Source: Thecamonas trahens ATCC 50062
Taxonomy: Eukaryota; Protista; Apusomonadida
DNA length: 64,000 nt
Direction: 5' to 3'
NCBI RefSeq assembly: GCF_000142905.1
Contig: NW_013657672.1
Span: 77,053-141,052 of the forward strand
This document shows positions 11,601 to 21,388 of the stretch, piece after piece. Every line of letters starts with the position of its first letter. Position 1 is the first letter of the stretch. Under the pieces are notes generated by a model, which saw only the letters and a program-made list of their open reading frames with translations, made no database searches and was not told the origin of the DNA. Position numbers and translations under genes: made by a program.

Positions 11601-12513
11601 CAGGATAGGCAGCGCGGCGCGAGCACCGCTGCCACCGGTGGGACAGACAGACGCAGTGGGGCGGCGGAGACTGTCGTCGCCGTTCCTCGCCGACGAACCA
11701 GCGGCGCTGCGGCGGCTCATGGCCGACGTGTCCAAGTCGAGTCTCGCCGAAGTGCCGTCCCCGGGCGGAGTGCCGGGCGGGTCGGGTGGTCCGGTCTCAC
11801 CTGGGCGACGCGAGCGAGCGCCTGTGGACGTGGACGAGCTCAAGGCGGCGCTGCACTCGACGCAGGAGCAGCTGGCAGATGCGCTGGCAGCGCTTCACAG
11901 TCAACCAGCGCCGGGAGGCGGTATCGGGGGCGATCAGGCCAGTGAAACGGTGGCGTACTCCAAGGCGCTCATCGCAACGTCGAAGCGGCTTCGCGAAGAA
12001 AAGATTGCGGCGTCGCTGGAGGAGATGTCTGCCAAGTCTGCGGCGTCAGTGCTGGAGCAAAAGGTCCGGCAGCGGGCGGCGCAGCTGAGCGAGGCCAAGC
12101 TGAGTGCCGCCAACGACGCGGCGACGCTCGCACTCATCCGGATGCACAAGCGGGCGGTCGAGCAGGCGCGGCAGTTTGAAGTCAAGAAGGCGCAGATTCT
12201 CGCTGACCAACGACGCAATCTGGAAAAGGTGCTGGTAACGTTCGGCGAGTGGATCGCCACGTCGCCGTCTCGAACGGTCCCGGACACCGGGCTCTTCCTC
12301 GAGGGCCACAGCCTCGAGCCGAGGCGGATGCGGGCCGGAACACTGGCTGCTGCCGCCCCGGCCGCCACCGCCCCGGCCGCCCTTGCCGCAGCCGCAGCCG
12401 CAGCCGACCAATCTACCCAGCCGCATGCACCTCAAACCTGGCTCCCATGGTTTACCACCGATGCCGATGCTGATGCCGATGCCGACGCCATTGCCGTCGC
12501 CGCCATGTCATGA
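5677..12513 (+). CDS. Very large (about 2278 aa) intronless coiled-coil protein of unknown family
   Basis: 6.8-kb uninterrupted ORF from ATG 5677 (MELSRLDT). Extensive E/A/L/R/K heptad segments separated by disordered linkers. Confidence 0.85.
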   Translation: MELSRLDTLLAERSRKLAEAESELKRKTAPEAAPPLPTLESIQPHSAQSQIERIEARAKEMDSIVNSVTAVVASYEALDRDLLPSTTGDFAQVGEAVAFATPTDLEGLVAHSKARVKSLFMAYHKLSAEQTNTLASLSTWFSIRGKDDVDDLAEAEALVATTGAELDSRPTSGVDVLDESASSLLDARGAKDKLSALHSDILEVCVDILKARQAETADMVPRSALDDTLNALRMATRSANKLKADYESAQAELAAARTDAVVSREAAEAAKASLALMSRDTDVDQLHSRLKAAHRKIESLSAENDRLSSQLEALDVLPQGPGLRRANSSKSSRASLRPGSGRGRRGKTRGLVRSGSRSLRRSPSSDDSADTTAASKDVAAIKQQLNSVARDARHTKLQLEAKVRTLRADLSAKEKMSSRARSQLQTELETMREKMIAKLKSKHDKEVQKLTIDADRKVRAALKESQLALEKQAASLRKAFTTKDNAKLLAALKSDFDTRFNAMRRGLEKQLREERLEHRQIVRTLKFDFRKRLETVEFVHEAQSRALKIDYREEYARRFEALHANMERRIHHETAAALAAMEDQAASHAQELDILRFRLATLAAEKEEKDKAAASSSADLAEAIQVLQRSPSTVDDASFRGIITDLRSQLKAEIDKRTVLTAKHARELRDLRLKYESDVASMSLTRDVERRGIDYGLSSEEAQVYYVDMITARLRELDALGWSLEKEVLTRELERARNRVAAGEIDRDATDLAHHASETKLNELRNAQASELDALTAQLDALTEDDEATQVENKLAIYAELEQVKARHAQEIEALQAQLAANSNAADPSPANSESGDDASAEQSGNAGPGQGQPAVPTILLDDSTVLEPNALASILGPGRELINYDDVRANDADDAGVTSDAPATNRSSEASESHGLRAPSDLDLPLVSPAMTRIVSQSELKPSGAGMESPAATARREAMLKAEAERRATVIKDQVEAMKRELQRHASVQEAQVHNKIVLLREDYRARCTALGNAIKDADKFDPSRAEELRRQMKALTLAHKRNINMLRASVNELDAIHAARLAEYHDSLMAKEKIYQTNLRLQEQLLSSTMEEKEHLLSVLDEFRNANALEVHRTALGAALEASHAADMSAAALLADDGLMSTASVQAVLSDLDTSAATCLDLRGKALPLWARLRALVDSVVTASSVSLSDTAAELERAEDERSDAMRKAVELDTELATVRRRVHALEDDMVHQRQLWNKQLELWQASVQEKQNSMSHTYQALEQAKDLEISALKTELAYYVAERAELEAVALEAGVRSTSRSRSESQSPAAALPDDHAVADSTTRSPTETGPSQSEPPIAFSDTAPTTSGESKVSQPQNLAPPAHSLAHHRTPEERERDSQALADIAAQVEAAKAQVDAASSELEAATALPSSFTPQPVNDESSEPEPSRSVLQAPLPLQARVPQVDAGVQTDPMDPAQLASAMSHELAAELAEIDDGLDEVRSQSSSAAGAATRIGLLEDQVRSFSLRLRSVIVESDKARSVHARELRNLHSELEKERSKYLVRLREVEGKHGDEVRRLRKRGDELRKAADEELNLVRVEASHKLEAARDVYERRIKQLLGVIAAKSNANEHTLDSVKQTTATEISELRAAVESAQMSTEQRLVFEQRRFEQELQALGSQFRAEALKVHAAVCHVASDVADGLMRIDGASGLALHETVAAANETALAKTEVDDTPVLLSADVAVLTALCDAVLRVVSEKAHSARVDIAAHKAKTPWQSQPAPSAAASSTHEEELEARVAELELALKAQAVQLARAKARANDASVEASDAELSKYEASTPRESPHELIGHLRMEVRATRTALARKAVAVRERESVIDMQADHIDALQTTIERLRSRLAFFQRHPNEFLQITAAPGGASRPSTSGSGGSSRGSFVRPRPPAFPPPGGIARPNPLRRVASAVVMSRRVASASREMDASEAEAAGPVAVALQLQRGRIGSAARAPLPPVGQTDAVGRRRLSSPFLADEPAALRRLMADVSKSSLAEVPSPGGVPGGSGGPVSPGRRERAPVDVDELKAALHSTQEQLADALAALHSQPAPGGGIGGDQASETVAYSKALIATSKRLREEKIAASLEEMSAKSAASVLEQKVRQRAAQLSEAKLSAANDAATLALIRMHKRAVEQARQFEVKKAQILADQRRNLEKVLVTFGEWIATSPSRTVPDTGLFLEGHSLEPRRMRAGTLAAAAPAATAPAALAAAAAAADQSTQPHAPQTWLPWFTTDADADADADAIAVAAMS

Positions 12514-12726
12514 CCATCAAGTGCTGAAAGAGTTGCAGATTAAAAGGAAACAGCAGATTGGGGAGAATAAGGTGAGGGGCGGGAGATTGAGTGAGGGGCG
12601 GGGAGGGGGGGGGGGGGTGGAGGGGCGACTCGGCCGGATGGTGGTGAGACGGCCAAGTGACGAGTGACGAGTGGCGAGCCGGGACGACTGGCAGGACGAC
12701 ACCCAACTTGGCTTGTGGGCAGAGCC

Positions 12727-13055
12727 ATGTCAACGCAAGAGCTGTTCGGGGCCATCTCGTCAGACGACGAAGGTGGAGAGGTTGGAGAGACGACCACGAG
12801 TGCCACCACTGGTACCAATGCCACTGTCGATGACGATGAAGTCTCTGGTGGTGACAACCACAACGACGACGAGGACGACGACTTGGCCGACCACGACGAC
12901 GACGACTTGGCCGACTACGAAGACGACGAAGACGAGGAGGAAGCCAGTCGGGTAAGTTTCCCCCTCCACGAGAAGGTGTAGTGAGAGAGAGTGTGTGTGT
13001 GTGTGTGTGTGCGAGAGAGAGAGAGAGAGAGTAAGGGAGGGTATCCCTTGCCCAT

Positions 13056-13087
<32 letters not shown>

Positions 13088-16000
13088 CCCCCCTTCGTCT
13101 CTGGGGTCATGGACTCTCCAAAAATTGGATCCTGGTCGGGGTGGGAGGCAGGGTGGGAGTGGGGTGAGGGGTGGGGTTGGGAAGGTGTAGGGGAGAATGA
13201 GGGTGGTATGGGGGTTGAGGAAGGTATGTGGTGGACTCATGTGGTGCTTGGTATGGATACGGCTACTTGGTCGCCCTGGCGGGGTGCTGGCGGGGTACTG
13301 GCGGGTGTGGCGGCGGTGGGCGGACGGGGCGGGGCGGCTGGACGGGCTGGTGGGTGGCGGTGGGCGAGGATAGAGTCGGAAGCGACGGAAGGGGCCGGGC
13401 GGACAGCGGCGGATGGATGCGATGTCCAACTTTATTGATGACATTGCCGTGGATGACGACGGCGATGACGAGGAGGACGACGAGGAGGACGACGGGTCTG
13501 ACGCTGGAGACGTGCTCGACGACGAGACGCTGATTGAGGACGATGGCGCGCAGGCGCGGCGGCTTGATCTGGAGCGCGAGACGGCCGAGGCTGCTGCTAT
13601 CCGGGAGAAGACGCAGCGTTTTGAGGAGATGGGCGCCGAGTACGAGAACGCTGGGCGGCCGGGGATTGTGATGGAGGACGTGAGCGAGCTGGACCGGCAG
13701 TCGCTGCTCCCGACGCATGCAGACCCGAAGCTGTGGATGGTCAAGTGCAAGACCGGGATGGAGCGAAAGCTTGTGCTTGCGCTGATGTACAAGTTTGCGG
13801 ACAAGCAGAGCCGCGGAAAGCGGATGGGGATCACGTCTGTGATTTGCCGCGACAACCTGCGCGGGTACTTTTTCGTGGAGGCGCGGCGAGAGGACACGGT
13901 CAAGGCTGCGATTTCCGGGCTCCGCGGGGTGCGGCAGTCGTCTGTGACGATTCTTCCGCTGAAGGAGATGGTAGACACGCTCGAGGTGACGGCGCAGGAC
14001 GTGACGCTGCGGAAGGATGCATGGGTGCGGATGAAGCGCGGACAGTACCGCGGCGACCTTGCACGCATTGTGCGGCTGGACGACTCGGGCTCGCGGGCGG
14101 TGGTCAAGCTCATTCCGCGGCTGGATCTGGACAAGCACTCGCGGGCGTCGCTGCCGCGGACCGACGACTCGTCGAAGAAGCGCAAGCGGCCGGCGCGGCC
14201 AGCGGCCAAGTTCTTCTCGCCGGAGGAGGTGCAGGACAAGGTCGGCCACTTGGCGATCAAGACGGTGGTGACGGTGAGTGGCGAGAAGGGGTACATGTTT
14301 GGCGGCAACGAGTTTGTGGACGGGTACCTGGTCAAGTCTGTGCCAATCAACTCGCTCAACTCGACGAACGTGGTGCCGACGCTGGAAGAGTTCCAGAAGT
14401 TCCAGAACATGGGGACGGGCAAGTCGACGGACGCGATTGCAGACGCGCTGGCGGCGACGCTTCCGGGCGGCGGGCAGATGATGGGCATGGAGGGCTTTGC
14501 CAGTGCGCAGCGGGTTGACTTTCAAAAGGGCGACATGGTGCAGGTGGTGGCCGGCGAGCTGACGTCGCTCAAGGGCTCTGTGCTTGCGGTGGACGGCGAG
14601 TCTGTCACCTTTGTGCCGAACCACATCGACTTTTCCGAGCCGCTCACCATCGCGCGGGCCAACTGCGCCAAGTACTTTAATGTGGGCGACCACGTGCGGG
14701 TGACGCGCGGGCTTCGCGAGGGCGAGACGGGCCACATTGTGGCGGTCGACTCGCAATACGCGCATGTGTTTTCTGACCTCAACCACTCGGAGTTCAAGGT
14801 CTTTGTCCGCGACGTGCGGCTGGCATCTGCGATGGTGACCACCATCGATACGCTCGGCGAGTATGAGGTCTACGACCTTGTTGAGCTCGACGCAACCTCT
14901 GTGGGCGTCGTCATCCAAATCGAGGGCTCGAGCCTGCGTGTGCTCAACCAAAACGGAGTGGTCTCGACGGTCCGCCCGACCGAGGTCGGCAAGAAGTGGA
15001 CGCGGCGGTCGATCACGCTCGACTCGGCAGGCAACAACGTCGGCGTCCGCGACGTCATTCGGGTTCTCGACGGCCCACACAAGGGCAAGCAGGGGACGGT
15101 CAAGCACATTTTCCGTGCGCACATCTTTGCGCACTCGGCGTCGGTCATGGAGCACGGCGGAATGTTTGCGGTCCGTGGGCGGAACTGCGTGCTGCTCGGC
15201 GGGGCGATGGGCGCTGCCGCCGGTGCGGCGCCGCAGGAGACCGGGCGCTCNNNNNNNNNNNNNNNNNNNNNNNNNNNNNNNNNNNNNNNNNNNNNNNNNN
15301 NNNNNNNNNNNNNNNNNNNNNNNNNNNNNNNNNNNNNNNNNNNNNNNNNNNNNNNNNNNNNNNNNNNNNNNNNNNNNNNNNNNNNNNNNNNNNNNNNNNN
15401 NNNNNNNNNNNNNNNNNNNNNNNNNNNNNNNNNNNNNNNNNNNNNNNNNNNNNNNNNNNNNNNNNNNNNNNNNNNNNNNNNNNNNNNNNNNNNNNNNNNN
15501 NNNNNNNNNNNNNNNNNNNNNNNNNNNNNNNNNNNNNNNNNNNNNNNNNNNNNNNNNNNNNNNNNNNNNNNNNNNNNNNNNNNNNNNNNNNNNNNNNNNN
15601 NNNNNNNNNNNNNNNNNNNNNNNNNNNNNNNNNNNNNNNNNNNNNNNNNNNNNNNNNNNNNNNNNNNNNNNNNNNNNNNNNNNNNNNNNNCCGCCTCGTC
15701 GTGGGGCACGTACTCGTCGGGCCGCTCCGGGCTCCGCCGCAGCCTCGTACACCACCCCAGCGCCTGCCGGCACGGCTTCGTACACCACCCCGGCCCCGGC
15801 CTCGTACACCACCCCGGCGCCGCCGTCGGCTCCCGGCGGCTACGCCGCAGCCTCGTACACCACTCCGGCGCCCGCCGGCACGGCCTCTTACACCACTCCG
15901 GCACCCGCCTCGTACACCACGCCCGAAAAAAACCGCCACGGCTTCGTACACCACCCCGGCGCCAGCATCGTACACCACCCCGGCCCCGGCCTCGTACACC

Positions 16001-16369
16001 ACCCCGGCGCCCGGCCCGGCGCCGATGGACGTGGCGTACACATCGGCGGCGCCCGCGCCCGCGGCAACGCCGCTGCCGGCCTTTGCCCGGCCCGGCGTGG
16101 TTGTCACCGTCAACAACGAGCAAGGCGTCATCTCGCACACCCTGCCCGACGGCACCGCCGACGTCCGGTTCAGCTCGGGGCGTGTGGCGACGGTGGCCGG
16201 CAGCGACATGGCGGCGGTCCACCCGGCGAGCAACGGCGACCGGGTCATGATGGTCGACTCGGGCATGACCGGCACCATCACGTCGATGGACGACGTTGGC
16301 GTGCTGGTCTCGTTTGGCGACGACGTGCGGATGGTGGACAACCTAAGCATGCTTGTCCGTGTCGAATAA
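12727..16369 (+). CDS. SPT5: Transcription elongation factor Spt5; exons 12727-12951 and 13374-16369 (gap 15251-15690; apparent frameshift near 15925)
   Basis: Acidic N-terminus. The GTAAGT...TAG intron joins EEEASR/SRKRRK...NFIDDIA in frame. NGN domain (LLPTHADPKLWMVKCKTGME...LRGYFFVEA), several KOW motifs (WVRMKRGQYRGDLA, FQKGDMVQVVAGE, DGPHKGKQGTVKHIFR), C-terminal repeats and terminal KOW-like segments. Confidence 0.93.
15741..16012 (+). repeat. Spt5 C-terminal repeat region encoding (A/T)ASYTTPAP units
   Basis: About 8 copies of tcgtacaccacccc-type units are visible; more may be hidden in the preceding gap. Confidence 0.85.
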
Positions 16370-16531
16370 AGACAGCCGATACTGCGGATGATTGACTGAG
16401 CTGAACTAAGCTGAGCTGTGTATGATGATGGGGGGACGGGAAGGGGGGGGGGAGGGGGGGGGGGGGGGAGCAGAGAGGAGTTGGATAGCACACTGCGTAT
16501 GGTGTTTATCAACCAGCCAGCATGACCTTCT

Positions 16532-17201
16532 TTACGAGTTCGAGTTGGGCGAGCGGCGGTCGTCCGACTTGTTGATGAACCGCTTGGTGTAGAGCTCGCG
16601 CTTCTTGGCACGGCCAGTCTTCGGCTTGGTCTGCAGTTAGAAGAAGGCGGTCGAGCAGAGAGTGGGAGAGGGTGAGTATATGTGGGGTGGGGGGGGGGGG
16701 GGGTTAGAGAAGGGGGTGAAAGGGGGGGGGTGACTGTGGTAGGGGTGGGTGACCTTTGGGAAGGGTGGTGGTCATGGGAGGGAGGGAGAGGGGGGGAGGG
16801 AGAGGGGGGGGGGGAGATCATACAAAGTGGGACGTACCTTCTCAGTGGGCTCCACCTTGGGAGTCTGGTTCTTGACCTTGCCGGCACGCGCGAGACCACC
16901 GTGGACCTTACCTATATATTGATGGTTATGGTGTGAGAGTGAGTGTGGGGCGGAATGGATGGGTATGGGGGTGGGGAAGGTCAGGGTGGGGCGGAGGGCG
17001 AAGGGGAGGCCATCACAAATATTCATGAAACAGCCAGTCATGGCCTCCTTCTCACCACCCATACACAACACACAACCATGTAAAGACAGCAACAGAGTGT
17101 CAGAGGATGGAGAACAGGTCTAGTTGTATCTCTGTAGCTACCTGTCGTCCACAGCACATGCTCGTATCTCCCTTTCTCGCCCATGTCGTCTACGTACCCA
17201 T
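16532..17201 (-). CDS. RPS30: 40S ribosomal protein eS30 (S30), 58 aa, not ubiquitin-like-fused; exons 17201-17198, 16911-16838, 16630-16532
   Basis: Spliced product: [58 protein letters not shown]. Both introns begin GTACGT, and the second has a TTCTAAC branch site right before TGCAG. The first exon (caacaacATGG) is inferred from phase. Confidence 0.9.
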
Positions 17202-17476
17202 GTTGTTGTGTGAGAGTCGTGTGATGAAACAATGCTTCAATTGTGGCTTTGTTCATTCCTTCCCTCCATTTGCCTCCTTTTCTCAGAAATGGCATGGAGT
17301 CCTTCCGTTGTCTTCCGTCCGCCCGTCGCTTCCTCTCCCCTCCCTCCCTTTTTTGACCGACACGCCCGTAGTCACAGCCCATCACCATCACAACCATCGC
17401 CATCATAACCATCGCCTGCATAACCATCGCTATCACAACCATCGCTATCACAACCATCGCCTCCCTCCAGTCACTG

Positions 17477-17541
17477 CCATCGCCATCACCATCGCCATCG
17501 CCATCGCCATCGCCATCGCCATCGCCATCGCCATCGCCCAT
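17477..17541. repeat. (CGCCAT)n microsatellite, preceded by degenerate 15-bp (aaccatcgctatcac) repeats
   Basis: Read directly from the sequence. Confidence 0.9.
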
Positions 17542-17673
17542 CAGACACCACGCTCAAACTCTTCCATGCACACTCGGTCAACAATCGGTTCTTGGCCGGG
17601 TTGAACGGGTGCCGGTAAAATGGTCGGCTTGGGTAGGGCAAAGAACAAGGTGGGCGAGTGGGTGAGGGTGGCG

Positions 17674-19293
17674 CTACGGATCGCGATACTTCTTGCGCAT
17701 CTCCTCCTGTCGAGCCTTGCGGGCGGCGGCAGCGGCGGCGGCGGCAGCGGCGGCGGCGGCGGCATCGCGCTCGGTCTTGAGCTGGAGGTGCGGAAAGACG
17801 TCAAGGACCAGTGAAAGGAGCGACGCAAAGGCAATGTGGATGCGGCGGTCCCAGTAGCGCGCAGCCTGTGAGGCGAGCGGGACGCCGAGGGTGGCGTCGG
17901 CCGACGGCCGGGCGGTGCACTGCTCGATGAGGATGGCGACGTTGTGCTTGGCAACAAGTGACGAGATGCGAGCGCCGCGGACAAAGTCGCCAGCAGACAC
18001 CTCGCGCTGGTCCTGCTTGTTGATGAGGATCAGCAGCGGCTTGCCGGTGTTGAGCGGCGACGAGAGAATACCGTCGAGGGTCCGGTGGACCTCGTCCATG
18101 CTTGCCCCGTCGAGCGTGAGCGACGAGAGCACGTAGACAATGGCGTGCGAGTCAACGTAGTGCGCCGGCCACGACTTGATGGCCATGCGCGAACCGCCAA
18201 CCTCGCACAGTGCGAGCGGAAGCGGCTTGTCGGCAGCCATCAGTGATGGCCACCGCGACTTGTGGAGGACAAAGCGCGAAAAGGGAAACGGCACGAGCCG
18301 CGCAGACACGCCACGCGTCGGCATCGGCTCGTCGGCATCGTCCACAAGCACATGTCGGAGCGAGGTCTTGCCGGCTTGCGCCTCGCCAATGACCAGCAGC
18401 TGCAGGCCCGGGAACGCCACCGCGCTCCGCACAAACGCCCGCTTGGTGAACCCGTCAACCGCCCACGCCTTGCACAGCGCCCGCCACAGCGAAGCATGCG
18501 ATGCATCGAAGAATCGCGCCCACTCCCGCGACAGATTGCCGAGCAGAACCACGCTCCGGCCCGAGTCCAGCGCGCGCGTGAGCGTAACGAACAGCTCCAG
18601 CGGAAGACCCCACGGGCACGGCACCTCGACGTGGCTGGCATGACTGCAACTGGCCTCGACGGCCTCGACACCACGGTCCTCGCCCGCCTGTCTTTCACCG
18701 CCAGACGCGCGAGCCTTACTCGCACCCGCACCCTCCGCCTCGACGCCCGACGGCTTGTGCTTGCGCTTGCGGCGCCGTCGCCGTGCCCGCCGCACCACCT
18801 TGATCTTGCCGGTCTCCGGATCGAGCACAGGCCACCAGCCGAGCAGGGACGCCGAATTGCTATGGACGTGATCATGAGCCAGATCAACTTGCTGCGTCCC
18901 GTGCGAGTCATGGGCAGCGATGGCGGCAGCACCTGCCGATGTTGCCGGAGCGCCAGCAGCAGTAGGGCGTGGCGGCGACTTGAGCCATTCGGCCGGGCGA
19001 GGATGAGCCCCAATCGGAGATGGGTCATCGTCAACAAGATAGCTTGAGAGTCTTGCCGAACGTGTCACCTTGTTTCGTGGCTTGGCCCTCCGTCCAGGCG
19101 GTGCCTCGCCCTCCACCTCCACCTCTCCGTCTCCCGAGAGTCTTGGCGCTCTCCGCTTGCGCACTGCGGTGGCTACGGTCAAGCTATTTGAGAGCTCAAC
19201 GACTGACGGTGCTGAACCTGTTCCTGTGTACGCATCCCCATGGCTCGTGCTTTCTGGGCCCACGCGCCGCTCTCGCGATGAGATGCACCCCAT
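17674..19293 (-). CDS. F-box-containing ARL13-like (Arf-family) small GTPase with an N-terminal MGC acylation motif
   Basis: Starts MGCISSR. F-box-like segment LPLELFVTLTRAL...LSREWARFF...LWRALCKAW. G1 GEAQAGKT, G2 PTRG, G3-like EVGG, G4 NKQD. The tail SLVAKHNVAILIEQCTA...DRRIHIAFASLL plus a coiled coil resembles ARL13B. Confidence 0.75.
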   Translation of the reverse strand: MGCISSRERRVGPESTSHGDAYTGTGSAPSVVELSNSLTVATAVRKRRAPRLSGDGEVEVEGEAPPGRRAKPRNKVTRSARLSSYLVDDDPSPIGAHPRPAEWLKSPPRPTAAGAPATSAGAAAIAAHDSHGTQQVDLAHDHVHSNSASLLGWWPVLDPETGKIKVVRRARRRRRKRKHKPSGVEAEGAGASKARASGGERQAGEDRGVEAVEASCSHASHVEVPCPWGLPLELFVTLTRALDSGRSVVLLGNLSREWARFFDASHASLWRALCKAWAVDGFTKRAFVRSAVAFPGLQLLVIGEAQAGKTSLRHVLVDDADEPMPTRGVSARLVPFPFSRFVLHKSRWPSLMAADKPLPLALCEVGGSRMAIKSWPAHYVDSHAIVYVLSSLTLDGASMDEVHRTLDGILSSPLNTGKPLLILINKQDQREVSAGDFVRGARISSLVAKHNVAILIEQCTARPSADATLGVPLASQAARYWDRRIHIAFASLLSLVLDVFPHLQLKTERDAAAAAAAAAAAAAARKARQEEMRKKYRDP

Positions 19294-20240
19294 ACAGAGT
19301 CGCCTGTGCCCGTCGTCGGTCGCTTGTCGGTGGACGGCGGAACCGTTGGGAGTACGGCTGTGGGGCGGGGGGAGTTGGGGGGGATGAATTTCTGGTATAA
19401 AAATTTTGGTGGGGTGCATGGGGTGCGGAACGATGGACGGCGTGCATGGATACGTGCGTTGGAAAGGTGGAGAGGTGGAGGACAAAGAGAGGAGAGCTGA
19501 GCGTAGAGGTAGGCTTTCGCGCTGGTCTGTGGTGGAGATGTGGACTGTTTGAACGGAATTGACAGGTGATGGGTATGTCACGGCACAGCATGCCTCTCCA
19601 CCCGACCATCCCGAAGATGGTGTTCCATGGAACATGATCTTGGTGATCTCTGAATTCGCTTATTTGCTACGATGGCCGACACACTGAAGCTGATCCGAGG
19701 TGATGGCAGTGATCAGGGAAGGAGTGAAAGGATAGGGGTAGGGGTAGGGGAAGGGAGGGGGAGGGGGAGGGGGGAGGGGGGGGGGGGGGGTGGATGGTGG
19801 GCTCAACAAGCTNNNNNNNNNNNNNNNNNNNNNNNNNNNNNNNNNNNNNNNNNNNNNNNNNNNNNNNNNNNNNNNNNNNNNNNNNNNNNNNNNNNNNNNN
19901 NNNNNNNNNNNNNNNNNNNNNNNNNNNNNNNNNNNNNNNNNNNNNNNNNNNNNNNNNNNNNNNNNNNNNNNNNNNNNNNNNNNNNNNNNNNNNNNNNNNN
20001 NNNNNNNNNNNNNNNNNNNNNNNNNNNNNNNNNNNNNNNNNNNNNNNNNNNNNNNNNNNNNNNNNNNNNNNNNNNNNNNNNNNNNNNCCGAAGCCTGCCT
20101 TCTAAAGTTGAGCGAAAGCAGGCCGACGGCGACGACAGGCTGGCGACGACAGGCGACAGGACGGAGGGGTGGGGCAGGGGTGGGGAAGGGGTGGGGAGGG
20201 GAGTCAGGAACACCTGACTGCACAAGGCATAGATAGAGGC

Positions 20241-21388
20241 ATGAGCAGCGTGCTTGAGAGGACATCAGGGGACAAGCTCGAGGTGTACACCCTCCAAGCC
20301 AAGAAGGCAACTCCTCGTATGGTCCGCGACCTGGTGACCAAGGCTCTTGACGACGCCGAGGTCTTTGTCTTTGGGGAGCTCCTCGCCCTTCCCTCTGTAC
20401 AGGCGGTACGTATGGGCCATTCCACTTGCTTCACCCCCACCTTGCTTGGCTATCCCCCCTCTCTCCGACCACCTCGCTATGTCTGGGCTCGGCTCGGCTC
20501 GGCTCGGCTCGGCCCGGCTCGGCTCGGCCCGGCTCGGCTCGGCCCGGCTCGGCCCGGGCTTCTATCGCATCGCACTCACACTCTACATGATCGGCGTGTG
20601 CTGCATATGTACTGACTGGTGGTGGTGGTTGCCTCTGGGTGGATGATGGGATGGACGGGACCGACGACGGGGACGATGGGGGACAATGGGGGACGATGGG
20701 GGACGATGGGGGACAATGGGGGACGATGGGGACGGGACGATCGATGCCACATACGCACCTACAGCTGGAAGAGACAGAGCACAAGCCATACCTCGACTTG
20801 CTGCATATCTTTGCCTACGGCAACCTCACACAGTATCGCACCTCGGCCGACGAGCTGTCGCTGCCTCAGCTGTCGGAGGCCCAGCTGCGCAAGCTCCGCC
20901 AGCTGACCCTGGTCTCGCTCGCTGCAGCATCGCCGACCATCACCTACGACGACATCAAAGCCGCGCTCGAGATGACCGAGACCCGTGCCATGGAGGACCT
21001 CATCATTGAGTGCATCTACGCCTCGCTCCTTGTTGGCAAGTTTGACCAGGCCAACTCGGTCCTCGTCATCGAGGCCTGCATGGGCCGCGACATGCGCCCA
21101 GCCGAGCTGCCGGAGACCATCGGCCACCTCGAGGCTTGGATCGCCCGCGCCAACGTTGTTCTTGGCGACCTCTCGGTCGCTGCCACCACCGCCGCAGACC
21201 AGACCGCCGCCGCCGAGGTCCTCGCTGCCGAGGTCTCCCAGGAGCACGACGAGCGCAAGCACCACATGGAGCTCTCCATCGAGCACGAGGTCCAAGCCCT
21301 GGCCGGCAAAGAGGGCTCCGAGCAGGGCCGACGCCAGCGCCGTCGCCTTGCCCCCTCGGCCATGCCGCATCCATCTCACCGTCGCTAG
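20241..21388 (+). CDS. COPS7: COP9 signalosome subunit 7 (PCI domain); exons 20241-20405 and 20765-21388
   Basis: The GTACGT...CAG intron joins VFVFGELLALPSVQA/LEETEHKPYLDLLHIFAYG...QLRKLRQLTLVSLA...EDLIIECIYA...GKFDQ...GRD, matching CSN7. An extra upstream exon is possible (gap at 19813-20087). Confidence 0.9.
20486..20556. repeat. (GGCTC/GGCCC)n pentanucleotide repeat in the CSN7 intron
   Basis: Read directly from the sequence. Confidence 0.9.
20669..20735. repeat. G-rich (GGGGGACGAT)n repeat in the CSN7 intron
   Basis: About 6 copies of a 10-mer containing G4-G5 runs. Confidence 0.85.

Noticed and set aside
7069-14488. Long antisense ORFs opposite the coiled-coil and Spt5 genes
   Set aside because: Shadow ORFs expected from GC-rich codon usage; no independent protein features.
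15920-15935. Programmed frameshift in Spt5 at cccgaaaaaaac
   Set aside because: It sits in a repeat about 230 bp from a gap and disrupts the repeat unit; a sequencing or assembly error is far more likely.
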